From: Chloroflexota bacterium
Lineage (GTDB): Bacteria; Chloroflexota; Anaerolineae; Aggregatilineales; Phototrophicaceae
Length of the DNA stretch: 64,000 bases
Direction of reading: 5' to 3'
Assembly (NCBI GenBank): GCA_013388735.1
Contig: JACAES010000062.1
Span: forward strand, 5,525-69,524
Part shown: piece by piece, positions 9,462-18,871 of the stretch
How the letters are laid out: every line of letters begins with the position of its first letter
Numbering within the stretch: position 1 is the stretch's first letter
The notes under the pieces: model-generated
The model's input: only the letters and a program-made list of their open reading frames with translations
Databases searched by the model: none
Told to the model about the DNA's origin: nothing
Program-made: the position numbers and the translations under genes

Positions 9462-11271
9462 TGGCGATCTCCTTTTCCAGTTCGTCTTCAATACGCGACT
9501 GCAAATCGTAGACGTGACGGTACATGCCGCCCGCCGCCATCAGTTCTTCGTGCGTGCCGCGCTGGATGATGCGGCCTTTATCGAACACCAGGATCAGGTC
9601 GGCGCGCATGACCGTCTGGATGCGGTGGGCGATGACGAATGAGGTGCGGCCCTGCATCAGGCGCAGCAGCGCCTCGCGGATCGAGTCCTCGGTTTCGGCA
9701 TCCACCGACGAGGTGGCGTCATCCAGGATGAGGATGCGCGGGTTTTTGAGCAGCGTGCGCGCCAGCACGACGCGCTGTTTCTGCCCGCCGGAAAGCGTCA
9801 CGCCGCGCTCGCCGACCAGGGTGTTATACCCGTCCGGGAAGGTTTCGATGACCTCATGGATAGCTGCCGCCTGCGCCGCCGCGATCACCTCGTCGTCGGG
9901 AACCTCGCGCCCGACGCCGTAAGTGATGTTTTCGCGGATAGAACGCGAGAACAGAAACGGCTCCTGCTCCACGATGCCGATCTGCCGGCGCAGGTACTGG
10001 CGCGGATAGTCGCGCAGTTCCACGCCGTCAATCGTGATGCTGCCGCTGGTATAGTCGTAAAAACGCGGCAGCAGGCTGACGACCGACGTTTTGCCGGAGC
10101 CGGTCGAACCCAGCAGGGCGACCGTCTGCCCAGGCCGGACGGTGAAGCTGATGCCTTTCAGCACCGGCGCCTCAGGGTCGTACCCGAAGGTCACGTCGTT
10201 AAAGACCACTTCGCCCTTCAGGCTGTCCGCCGGCTGGAACGCGCCTTCGGTCAGCGGTTCGCGCTCCTCGCGGATGACATGCATCACGCGCTCGAACGAC
10301 ACCATGCCGGTAGACATCTGCACGATCAGCCGCCCCAGGTTGCGGATCGGATTGATGATGTTGATGAGCAGCCCGGCATACGCCAGGTACGCGCCCAGCG
10401 TCAGCGTGCCGTCCAGCACCATCACGGCGGCCACCCCGTACCCGACCAGGATTTGCGCGCCGCAAATCACGTCGGTGATCGGCCAGAAGCCGGAATGCAT
10501 CAGCATAAAGCGGCGGCCACGTCGGAACTTTTCGTAGTTGTCGGCCTCGAACTTATCCTGCTCGTACTGCTGACGGGCGAACGCCTTCACCACGCGCACG
10601 CCGCTCAGGTTTTCCTGCAAGGTGGTCGAAAGTTTAGCATCCTGCTGTTCGTACTCGTCCCAGGCTTTCGACACCCGGCGAAAGAAAAACAGCGACATGA
10701 TGACAATCGGCGGGATGACGATCACCGACAGCAGCGCCAGCCCGACATGCAGCGACAGCAGCGCGCCGAAGTTGATGACGAACAGGATGAAAATGCGCCC
10801 GACGCCGATGGCCTGCTCCGAGAAGAAGCGGCGCACGGTATCCACGTCCGCCGTGCAGCGTTGGATGAGTTCACCCGTTTTCATGTTGTCATGATAGGTG
10901 AACGTCAGGTGCTGGATATGGTCGAACATGTAGTTGCGCAGCCGCAGCGCCACGCCTTCGGCGGTCTGCGCCGTCAGCCTGCCGCTTAAAAAGCTGAAGA
11001 AGCCTTGCAGCAGCGCCAGCCCGATGAAGCCCAGCGCCACCGACGGCAGAATCGCGGCCAGGTTGGGCGCTTGCAGCGCCTCGTCCACGAAGTAGCGAAT
11101 GAGCAGAAACGACATCATGCTGAAGACTGACGCCAGACCGAGCGTGGCAACCGCCCCGAAGTAATGCCGGCGAAAGCCGGTCATCATGCGCCAGAAACCG
11201 AGCAGCCGATTATCGGACACGGACTGCTTCAAGTCATATGTATAAGCTTGCGGAAGGGGATTTATGTTCAA
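9442..11271 (-). CDS. ABC exporter subunit (TMD+NBD), multidrug/lipid type IV
   Basis: GSTGSGKT, LSGGQKQR, LDDATSSVD and AHRIQTV; overlaps the partner gene by 20 nt; TTG start with AAGGG RBS. Confidence 0.92.
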   Translation of the reverse strand: MNINPLPQAYTYDLKQSVSDNRLLGFWRMMTGFRRHYFGAVATLGLASVFSMMSFLLIRYFVDEALQAPNLAAILPSVALGFIGLALLQGFFSFLSGRLTAQTAEGVALRLRNYMFDHIQHLTFTYHDNMKTGELIQRCTADVDTVRRFFSEQAIGVGRIFILFVINFGALLSLHVGLALLSVIVIPPIVIMSLFFFRRVSKAWDEYEQQDAKLSTTLQENLSGVRVVKAFARQQYEQDKFEADNYEKFRRGRRFMLMHSGFWPITDVICGAQILVGYGVAAVMVLDGTLTLGAYLAYAGLLINIINPIRNLGRLIVQMSTGMVSFERVMHVIREEREPLTEGAFQPADSLKGEVVFNDVTFGYDPEAPVLKGISFTVRPGQTVALLGSTGSGKTSVVSLLPRFYDYTSGSITIDGVELRDYPRQYLRRQIGIVEQEPFLFSRSIRENITYGVGREVPDDEVIAAAQAAAIHEVIETFPDGYNTLVGERGVTLSGGQKQRVVLARTLLKNPRILILDDATSSVDAETEDSIREALLRLMQGRTSFVIAHRIQTVMRADLILVFDKGRIIQRGTHEELMAAGGMYRHVYDLQSRIEDELEKEIASVGLPL

Positions 11272-11344
11272 GTTCGCACCCTTTCAAGCGAGTCGGGTCA
11301 GCGCCCCGGCGAAACCGCCGGGTAGCCCCCTGGACGGGATGAAG

Positions 11345-11376
11345 ACAAAAGCGAAAACAAGGCAGGGAAAGCTGCC
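11345..11376 (-). terminator. candidate attenuator terminator in the ABC exporter leader
   Basis: minus strand GGCAG-CTTTCC-CTGCC followed by TTGTTTTCGCTTTTGT, immediately after a uORF stop. Confidence 0.4.
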
Positions 11377-11673
11377 GGGTCAAGAGATGATCTGTCGCCT
11401 GATGAAGTTGGACATTCCACAGCCTTTCGTTCTGTTCCGGTCAAAGAGCAAGCACCGCCGCAGCCAGTCATCTAAAGGCCAGAAGAGATCATAACAGGTC
11501 AAACTCGGAATGACAAGCCCCATCCCCGAATAATTCACAAAATTCGGACAAATCGCTTAAACGGGTATAAGGTTTATTGTAACACAAAAACGGCGGAGAT
11601 GAGCCAGTCCATTGACGGAGAGATGGCCTGTACAAGTGAACAGGTGGGACAGGTCAGGCGCGAGGGATGCCGG

Positions 11674-12729
11674 CTAACCACCGGTGGAGCGGAAAAACGC
11701 GATCAGCTCGTACAGCGAGGTATATTTGCTCGTCTGCCCCGCCGCCGTCACGCGCCAGCAGCCCGGCTCGACCGTGACGCGCAGCGGCGTTTCGGTTTTG
11801 TTCTGGACGACGCAGAAGCCTTCCCGCTCCAGGGCGCGAATCGTCCATATCGCGGGAATGCCTTCGCCGATCACGCTCACCACGCCGGATGGCCTGGCCG
11901 GTATGCGAAACGCGCCGGTGTAAGCATCAAAGGCCACACCCTCGGCGCGGAAAGCCGCTTCCAGCGCGCCGCTGAGGACTAAATCTTCCGGCGCGCCCGC
12001 CACCAGCCGCCCACCCTTCGGCATCAGCCAGAGCTGGTCGGCGGAACGCAGCGCCAGGTCAAGATCGTGCGTCGAGAGCAGAATCGCGCGGCGGGTTTCC
12101 CGCGCCAGCCGCCGCAAAAGCTGCATGATCTCGGCGCGGCGCGGCAGGTCGAGGAAGGCGGTCGGTTCGTCCAGCAGCATCACGACGGGTTCCTGCGCCA
12201 GCGCGCGGGCGATCAGGATTTTCTGGCGTTCGCCATCGCTCAGTTCGTCCACCGAACGCGCCGCCAGATCGTCCGCGCCGACGGCGGTGATCGCGCGGCG
12301 GACGGCGGCTTCGTCGTCGGGGGTCAGCCGCCCCGTCCAGTCGGTGTACGGGTAGCGCCCCAGGGCGACCAGTGCGTAAGCGGGCAGAATTCCGACCTCA
12401 ACGCGCTCGGTCAGCACAATGCTCAGACGCCGCGCCATCTCGCGCGGGGACAGGTCGCGCAGGTCGTCGCCCATCAGCCACACCTGCCCGGCCAGCGGCG
12501 GCTGCATCCCGGCCAGCGTCCGCATCAGCGTGGACTTTCCCGCGCCGTTCGGGCCGATCAGGCACACCAGTTCGCCGGCTTTAAGCGCAACCTGTATATC
12601 CTCGGCCACCACGCGGGACGGGCGGCGCGGCTGCCGGTAGCCGATGGACAGACGCTGCGTGCTGAGCGCCGGGTGCTGAGACAGTGCCGAGTTAGAGGGG
12701 ATGAAGGCGGAGGGCGGATTCGGTTTCAC
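11674..12729 (-). CDS. btuD: cobalamin ABC transporter ATP-binding subunit
   Basis: GPNGAGKS, LSDGERQK and LDEPTAFLD; in an operon behind a B12 riboswitch. Confidence 0.85.
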   Translation of the reverse strand: MKPNPPSAFIPSNSALSQHPALSTQRLSIGYRQPRRPSRVVAEDIQVALKAGELVCLIGPNGAGKSTLMRTLAGMQPPLAGQVWLMGDDLRDLSPREMARRLSIVLTERVEVGILPAYALVALGRYPYTDWTGRLTPDDEAAVRRAITAVGADDLAARSVDELSDGERQKILIARALAQEPVVMLLDEPTAFLDLPRRAEIMQLLRRLARETRRAILLSTHDLDLALRSADQLWLMPKGGRLVAGAPEDLVLSGALEAAFRAEGVAFDAYTGAFRIPARPSGVVSVIGEGIPAIWTIRALEREGFCVVQNKTETPLRVTVEPGCWRVTAAGQTSKYTSLYELIAFFRSTGG

Positions 12730-12732
12730 CGG

Positions 12733-13842
12733 TTATCCGCCAAATGAGACTTGCAGCGAACGGCGGCGCAGGATGATCCAGATGACGACTGGCGCGCCGA
12801 TTAAGGCGGTGACGGCGTTCAGCGGCAGCGTCACCTGGCTGCCCGGCACCTGGGCGACCAGATCGGCCAGCAGCGCGACGATGCCGCCCAGCAGCGCCGA
12901 CGCCGGGATGAGCGTCCCGTGATCGGACGTGCCCAAAATCCCCCGGCACAGGTGCGGCACGGCGATGCCGAGAAAACCTATCGGGCCGCAGAAGGCCGTC
13001 ACCGCGCCCGCCAGCAGCGCCGTGCTGGCGACGATGCCGGCACGGATGCGCCGCACGTTCACGCCCATGCTGCGCGCGTAGGCTTCGCCCAGCAGCAGCG
13101 CGTTGAGCGGTTTGATAAGCAGAAACGCGCCCCCAAGACCAAGCAAAATCGCCGGCGCGAAAACCGGCATCTGCCCCCAGGTGACGCCGCCAAAACTGCC
13201 GAACGTCCAGTTGAGGTAAATCTGCACCCGGTCGGCCAGGCTGAAGTACACCAGCAGGCTGACCAGCGCGCCGGTCGTGTAGCCGAACATCAGGCCCAGG
13301 ATCAGCAGCGTGACGACGCTCTGCACCCGCCGTGCCACCACCAGCACCAGCGCCAGCACCACCGCCGCGCCCAGGCTGGCCGCCGCCGCCAGCCTAAAAT
13401 CGCCGAACAGCCCCAGCCCGGCCACCAGCACCGAACCGGTCGTCCCGGCGCTCATCACCACCAGCGCCACCCCCAGACTGGCCCCGGAACTGATGCCCAG
13501 CACGTAGGGATCGGCCAGTGGATTGCGGAAAAGTGTCTGCATCTGCGCCCCGCCGACGGCCAGCGCCGCCCCCGCCAGCAGCGCCGTGAGCGCCTTCGGC
13601 AGCCGGAAGTTCAGCACAATCGTTTCCCAGGTGGCGCGGGAGGCCTGCCCACCGGTGAGGATGGTCACGATTTCGCCCAGCGGAATATTGACCGACCCCA
13701 CCGCCAGGCTAAGCAGAAACGCGCCCAGCAGCCCCGCCGCCAGCGCCAGTAAAAGCAGCCGCCGCATCCCCAGCCGCAAATGAACGTCCTGTAAAGAGGC
13801 CGCCTGTTCCAGCGCATACGGTTTTATTTCAGCTTCCTGCAT
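12733..13842 (-). CDS. btuC: cobalamin ABC transporter permease (FecCD/BtuC family)
   Basis: RLPKALTA, LFRNPLADPYVLGISSGASLG, GEAYARSMGV and GFLGIAVPH motifs. Confidence 0.87.
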   Translation of the reverse strand: MQEAEIKPYALEQAASLQDVHLRLGMRRLLLLALAAGLLGAFLLSLAVGSVNIPLGEIVTILTGGQASRATWETIVLNFRLPKALTALLAGAALAVGGAQMQTLFRNPLADPYVLGISSGASLGVALVVMSAGTTGSVLVAGLGLFGDFRLAAAASLGAAVVLALVLVVARRVQSVVTLLILGLMFGYTTGALVSLLVYFSLADRVQIYLNWTFGSFGGVTWGQMPVFAPAILLGLGGAFLLIKPLNALLLGEAYARSMGVNVRRIRAGIVASTALLAGAVTAFCGPIGFLGIAVPHLCRGILGTSDHGTLIPASALLGGIVALLADLVAQVPGSQVTLPLNAVTALIGAPVVIWIILRRRSLQVSFGG

Positions 13843-13920
13843 AACATCGTCCGGCTATTTCTTGTACGGGGGCAAGCCGGAAAGCCCGCCCCCGGTTTCT
13901 GTGGTCATTCGTAATGCTTT

Positions 13921-14018
13921 TCACCCCGTCCCCTCACCGAATTCAACGAGGGGTGAAAAACGCGCCCGTCGCTCCCCGCTCCCCTGAATTCGGGGGAGCG
14001 GGGTTGGGGGTGAGGGGG
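13921..14018. repeat. two REP-like palindromes with GAATTC loops
   Basis: CACCCCGTCCCCTC-accGAATTCaac-GAGGGGTG and GCTCCCCGCTCCCC-TGAATTC-GGGGGAGCGGGG-TTGGGGGTGAGGGG. Confidence 0.7.
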
Positions 14019-14029
14019 TTTGTACTACG

Positions 14030-15217
14030 CTATCCCCCTGCCGGGACAAGCTGTTTGTAAAAATACAGCTCATGTTCGGGCAGCAGATCGGGATGCAGAA
14101 TGTGAATCAGATCGGCCAGGATGATATCCGGGTTGGCTACCCCGGTTTCGTAATAATCGCTGCCGCCATTGGCGTTCTGGCGCGCGTTGTTAGTGTATAC
14201 GTTCCCGTTCTGCACGGCGGCAAACTCGGCAAACCGCTCATCCGCCGCCAACAGGTCATCCAGCGTCGTCTGGAAGGTGTTCACCCAGAAATCGGCATCA
14301 ACAGCGCGATCAAGCACCGTCTCCCAGTCCAGGAACAGGCTGCCGGTGGATTCGTCGTCCGCCCACAGGTAAGCCGCGCCCGCGTCGGCCAACAGCTGCG
14401 CCAGGTAGCTGCGCCCGCCCGGCAAAAACCAGGTGTCGCCAAAGGGCGTGTTCGCCAGGACGGTTGGCTTGTCTGCCGCGCCGGCGGCCAGCGCCGCCAA
14501 TTCCTGGTAGCGCGCCTCAACGCCGGCGAAGGTTTCCTCGGCCAGTGCCTCGGTATTAAAAAACAGGGCGATGAACTTGCCCCATTCCGCCTGGCCGAGC
14601 GGCGAGGTATCCAGAAAATCGGCATTGACGACTACCGGCAGACCGGCCTGTTCCAGCACTGGCAGGTTGGTATCGTCGGCGCTGAACCGCTGCATCAGCA
14701 CCAGATCGGGTTCGAGGTCTACCAGCGCCTCGACGTTGGGGGCTGTGCCGCTGCCGCCGCCGCCGATCTCGGTTATATCGCCGGCTTCAAAGGCCGCCAG
14801 CACCTCCGGGCTGCTGGTATACAGGGGCGTATCTATGGCAACCAGCCGGTCAAGCAGCCCCTGCGATACAATATGCGGCAGGAACGAGGTGGACATGCTG
14901 ACGAACCGCGCGCTTGGCACTTCGATCACCGGCGTCTCGCCGTAACCGTCCGGCACAGGTGTGCCGCACTGGACGAGCAGGTATTGCAGCGGCGCGTCCG
15001 CGCCCTGCCAGGGCAGCAGCACCGTCACCAGCTTGTAATGGTTGAAGTACTCGACGCTGAAACCCTGGGCATACTCGACGGTGACTTTATCGGGGAAATA
15101 ATCCACGCCGGGGTCAAACGACTCGACGCACGCGGCGGTCAGATTGGCTTCCTGCGCGCCGACAACCGGGACGACCAGGAACGCGGCCAGCAGCACAAAC
15201 AACAAACGGAATTTCAT
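14030..15217 (-). CDS. btuF: cobalamin ABC transporter substrate-binding protein
   Basis: signal peptide MKFRLLFVLLAAFLVVPVVGA with GAGGAGG RBS; class III SBP motifs (VEALVDLEPDLV, PLGQAEW, PDIILADLI); riboswitch upstream. Confidence 0.87.
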   Translation of the reverse strand: MKFRLLFVLLAAFLVVPVVGAQEANLTAACVESFDPGVDYFPDKVTVEYAQGFSVEYFNHYKLVTVLLPWQGADAPLQYLLVQCGTPVPDGYGETPVIEVPSARFVSMSTSFLPHIVSQGLLDRLVAIDTPLYTSSPEVLAAFEAGDITEIGGGGSGTAPNVEALVDLEPDLVLMQRFSADDTNLPVLEQAGLPVVVNADFLDTSPLGQAEWGKFIALFFNTEALAEETFAGVEARYQELAALAAGAADKPTVLANTPFGDTWFLPGGRSYLAQLLADAGAAYLWADDESTGSLFLDWETVLDRAVDADFWVNTFQTTLDDLLAADERFAEFAAVQNGNVYTNNARQNANGGSDYYETGVANPDIILADLIHILHPDLLPEHELYFYKQLVPAGG

Positions 15218-15311
15218 TTTAAGCCTCCTCGGTGCGAGATACGAGCTTTGCCGCCAGCAGCACCCTCGCGCCGAGACAACTGGCCGTACTCTGCCCGCGA
15301 ACCCGGCGGCC

Positions 15312-15336
15312 AAACAAAAACCCGCCGGGCGGCGGG
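15312..15336 (-). terminator. intrinsic terminator of the riboswitch expression platform
   Basis: minus strand CCCGCC-GCCC-GGCGGG followed by TTTTTGTTT, about 95 nt before the btuF start. Confidence 0.75.
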
Positions 15337-15399
15337 GAGCAGGTTGCATAAAATTCCATGCCCGACCCCCTTTGTCCACGAAGGTGGTACTCAAGCGGT

Positions 15400-15530
15400 G
15401 ACGAAGGCGGGCATTCGGGCTTCTCCGGCTCGAACCAGAGTTACCGCTGCGGGACAGCGCCGGACTTTCACCGGCTTCCCCCATTATGCGCCTCGCATCC
15501 GGGCGGCAGGCGCACCCTCATCAAGCTCTT
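15400..15530 (-). ncRNA. cobalamin (B12) riboswitch
   Basis: minus strand AGGGTGCG..ATAATGGGGGAAGCCGGTGAAAGTCCGGCGCTGTCCCGCAGCGGTAA..AGCCCGAATGCCCGCC carries the hallmark GGGAA, GGTG-AA-TCC, CTGTCCCGCA and AGCC.GA..C.GCC elements. Confidence 0.93.
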
Positions 15531-15590
15531 ATGTTGACGATACAATGAGCCTAACACGCTCATCGCCAAATGTCAATCAAACGAATGGCA

Positions 15591-16040
15591 TTAAAACAGC
15601 GGCAGCTGGCCGCCGTCGGGCCGGGTTTTGAGCGGGCGCGGCGGCAGCAGACCGCGCGCCTTCAGCCAGTTCGCGTCCGGGCCGTCCCAACCCAGGCGCT
15701 GCAGGCTCACGCGCCCGTTTTTATCGAAGGTCGCGCCCTCGCGCTCCAGGCGCGCGCGCTGTTCGGCGGCGGCGCGGCTGCCTTCCGGCAGGCTGATGCC
15801 GCCCTGCCCGTTGACGACCCGCTGCCAGGGGATATCCGGCGCATCGGCAGCGGAAACGGCGTTCAGCGCCTTGCCCACCCACACCGGCGCGAGGCGTGCA
15901 TAATCATCCAGGTCTACGCCCTGCGGCGGCGGAATCATCGAGGCGATCTGCCCGTAGGTGCTGACCACGCCGGACGGAATCTGGCGCACGATGTCCCAGA
16001 CGATGCGGCTGTAGGCTTCAGGATCGGGCGGGGTTAACAT
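15591..16040 (-). CDS. alkyltransferase-like protein (Atl/YbaZ, MGMT family)
   Basis: VRQIPSGVVSTYGQIA and IPWQRVVN (Trp in place of the catalytic Cys), Q..RLE.EG. Confidence 0.85.
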   Translation of the reverse strand: MLTPPDPEAYSRIVWDIVRQIPSGVVSTYGQIASMIPPPQGVDLDDYARLAPVWVGKALNAVSAADAPDIPWQRVVNGQGGISLPEGSRAAAEQRARLEREGATFDKNGRVSLQRLGWDGPDANWLKARGLLPPRPLKTRPDGGQLPLF

Positions 16041-16083
16041 GCTGTTCGTGTCTCCCTTCTGTCCAGGCGCAGTTTCATCACGC

Positions 16084-16111
16084 CTAATGACTATAGACTA
16101 ATGACTAACGC
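16084..16111 (+). repeat. short tandem heptamer array (CTAATGA, 4 units)
   Basis: CTAATGA CTATAGA CTAATGA CTAACGC in the intergenic gap. Confidence 0.6.
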
Positions 16112-16116
16112 CTGCA

Positions 16117-18753
16117 TCATCGCACCTGGATTCCGGTCGCCAGCGTCACGGCATCCTGTCCGGGCTGAATTTCGATACGCCGCCCCGACGCCGCATCGTA
16201 CAATCCGGTGATCAGCGCCGCCGGGCCGGGCGCGGCATCGGCGTGGAACTTCAGCCGATGCGCGTCGAGCAGGTATTCGCCGGGACGCCAGCCGGTCGTC
16301 GGGCGGCTGCCGGCAGCCGGCAGCGAGTCGCTCTGGGCGATCACGCGGCCATCAACACCGACGAGCTGCACAAAAACGGTATAACTGCGCTCGGCGGCCT
16401 GCCCTGCCCGCCAGACCAGCGTCACCGGCACGTCCCGGCTGCGATCAAACGAATCGCCGCCCAGGGTGAAGCCCGCCAGCGTCCCCACGCCGGGGAATTC
16501 TGCCCCGACCGCCGTATCAAATTCCGGCGCGTCGTACAGCGCCGGCACAACTTCGACCATGTACGACGCCAGCGCGCGGCCATCCGGCAGCAGCAGCCGG
16601 GCTTCTCCGGCCTTTGCGTCCGCCGGGACGAGGACTTCGCGCCAATCAAGAACTACGTCTGAAGCCCGTCTCTCTGCGGCGTTGGGGGTGAATGCCGAAC
16701 TGACCACCTGCCACCCATCGCCTGCCAGCGTTACATCGGGCAGCGCGCCCTGCCCTGACCACAGCAGCGCCAGCCGCAGGACGCCGCCGTTTTGGAGTGT
16801 GCCGCCGGTCTGGTCGTGCGCCAGCAGGCGCAGGCCATCCAGCGCCCAATCCGTCGTGACCGGCAGCCCATGGTCGCGGTTCACCCGCGCCCAGTCCGCG
16901 CCCGGCACAATTTCCCACACGCCTAACGGCAGGTCGAGAACGGCGCGCGCGCCCGGCAAGGGCGACAGATCATAACCGGACGGCCTGGCCTGTTCGTCGT
17001 ACAGCCGCAGCAGCACCGGATACTGACCCGCCGGCGCGCCATAAGGCAGCCGCAGCAGCGGGTAAGCCGCCAGCGTCGAACCCGCCGGCAGCGCCGAACC
17101 GGTGCGCTGGGCGGCATCGGCGAAAATCGCGTCGGCGCGCGCCACTTCCCAGCCCAGACCGTTCTGGACGATGATCGCAGCCTTGAGATTCACGGCCATA
17201 TCCTGCGCCAGCGTGATCTCCACCGGCAGGCACAGGGCGCGATCGGCGGTCGCCGATGGCAGGCCGCCAACAGCCACCACACGCGCCAGGTCGGAAACCG
17301 CTTCAAATGGGCGTAATTTCGGCAGATCGAGCGTCGGCGCGCGGTAAAGCTGACTGCTCATGCCGTAAACCGTGAACGTCTCCGGCGGGCTGGTCGTGCC
17401 ATTCGCCAGCAGGCAGCCCATCAAACCGCGATAATCGGCGCGCTGCGTGTACCAGATGTTGAGCGCCACGTCGCCGCCTTCCGGCAGCAGCGGCACCACG
17501 GCATCCAGGTCGCCGCCTTCCGGCAGCGTCACGCGCCGCGCCTTCACGCCCAGCCGTTTCCAGTAGTACCACAGGTCGTAGCGGTCGGCATAAGACCAGG
17601 CCAGCACAGTATCGCGCCCGGTCAGCGTATCGGCGTAATACTGCACCATGCCGCGCGCGTCGTCGTGCTGGTAGGCCGGGTCGGTGGTGACGAAAAAGCC
17701 GGCGGCCACAAACGCGGCCAGGAAAAACCCGGCAGCCGGCGCCGCCCATCGCAGCCGCAGCCGTCCCAACCCCGCGCCGATGGCGACCAGCAGAAGCGGC
17801 GTTATCATCACCAGATAGCGCCCGTGCAGCTCGTTCCCCAGGACGACCAGCCCCAGCAGCAGGCCGCCGGTCAGCAGCGCCACGTGGCCGACCAGCCAGC
17901 GGGCGGCGGGTCTGCGCCAGGGGATCAGCAGCAGCGCCAGCCCCAGCAGGACGGCGGCCAGCGCCGAAACCGGCGTTTCCTGCCCGACCAGACTCCACGA
18001 ACCCGCCCACAGCGATTCCCACATGCGGGCGAGCAGCGTTACATCTAGGGACGGCGCGCTCATCACGGCGCTGTTGGCCTCTTGCAGCAGCAGAAAACGG
18101 GTGATGAACCAGGGCAGCCACAATAGGCCGACGGCCACCTGCCCGGCCAGCCAGGGCCGCCAGTCCGGGCGGCGACGTAAGAGCCAGGCCAGCAGCGCGG
18201 CGGCATTCAGCCACAGGACGGCCACCGGGCCGGTATTGTGCGTATACAGCAGCGCCAGTTCGGCAAGCCACAGAACCGCCCATGCACACCGCGCCCGGCG
18301 TTGTTCCAGCAGTCGGTGAAAGGCCAGCGCCGCCGCCGTCACCAGGACGGCCAGCAGTGTATACATGCGCGCTTCCTGCGACGCCCACCACAGCAGCGGC
18401 GAAAACGCCGCCAGAAACGCCGACCAGACCCCGGCGCGCGCGTCGAACAGGCGGCGGCCAAACTGGTAAACCAGCGGCATCACCAGCAGGCCGGCCAGCG
18501 CCGAGAACCACCGTAGGGCGAAAGTGCTATCGCCGAAACCGCGTACCGCCGTATTTAATAGAAGATAGTACAGGGGGGGATTGGTCGGGTCGGCTTCGAC
18601 CACCGCCGCCGGCGTCGGCTGAACTGCCGCGTAGGCCGACCAGCCTTCATCAAACCAGACACTTTGCGTTTGAATGTGGTATAAACGCGCTGCCGCTGCC
18701 AGGAAAATCAGCGCGATCAGCAGCCAGACAGGACGCGACAGGCGCAGGTGCAT
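16117..18753 (-). CDS. GT-C fold glycosyltransferase (GT39/ArnT-PMT-like) with C-terminal beta-sandwich repeats
   Basis: WFDEG, NPPLYY, LRWFSA and QEARMY motifs, many TM segments; C-terminal LAGF..VTLVW..YTVFVQL..D..P..W.PGE domain. Confidence 0.85.
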   Translation of the reverse strand: MHLRLSRPVWLLIALIFLAAAARLYHIQTQSVWFDEGWSAYAAVQPTPAAVVEADPTNPPLYYLLLNTAVRGFGDSTFALRWFSALAGLLVMPLVYQFGRRLFDARAGVWSAFLAAFSPLLWWASQEARMYTLLAVLVTAAALAFHRLLEQRRARCAWAVLWLAELALLYTHNTGPVAVLWLNAAALLAWLLRRRPDWRPWLAGQVAVGLLWLPWFITRFLLLQEANSAVMSAPSLDVTLLARMWESLWAGSWSLVGQETPVSALAAVLLGLALLLIPWRRPAARWLVGHVALLTGGLLLGLVVLGNELHGRYLVMITPLLLVAIGAGLGRLRLRWAAPAAGFFLAAFVAAGFFVTTDPAYQHDDARGMVQYYADTLTGRDTVLAWSYADRYDLWYYWKRLGVKARRVTLPEGGDLDAVVPLLPEGGDVALNIWYTQRADYRGLMGCLLANGTTSPPETFTVYGMSSQLYRAPTLDLPKLRPFEAVSDLARVVAVGGLPSATADRALCLPVEITLAQDMAVNLKAAIIVQNGLGWEVARADAIFADAAQRTGSALPAGSTLAAYPLLRLPYGAPAGQYPVLLRLYDEQARPSGYDLSPLPGARAVLDLPLGVWEIVPGADWARVNRDHGLPVTTDWALDGLRLLAHDQTGGTLQNGGVLRLALLWSGQGALPDVTLAGDGWQVVSSAFTPNAAERRASDVVLDWREVLVPADAKAGEARLLLPDGRALASYMVEVVPALYDAPEFDTAVGAEFPGVGTLAGFTLGGDSFDRSRDVPVTLVWRAGQAAERSYTVFVQLVGVDGRVIAQSDSLPAAGSRPTTGWRPGEYLLDAHRLKFHADAAPGPAALITGLYDAASGRRIEIQPGQDAVTLATGIQVR

Positions 18754-18871
18754 GGGGGCGCTCTATAACAAAACCCGTTCACCATCGGGGACGGCAGGCA
18801 CTATACTTGCATCAAGCCTCTACAACACAGTAGAATAGTACCATAAATCTCATCCTACCAGGCAAACCGGC

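Noticed and set aside
11567-11583. ATAAGGTTTATTGTAAC as another member of the glycan direct-repeat motif
   Set aside because: The period is 12 rather than 11, the second half-site is poor, and it coincides with the minus-strand -10 box.
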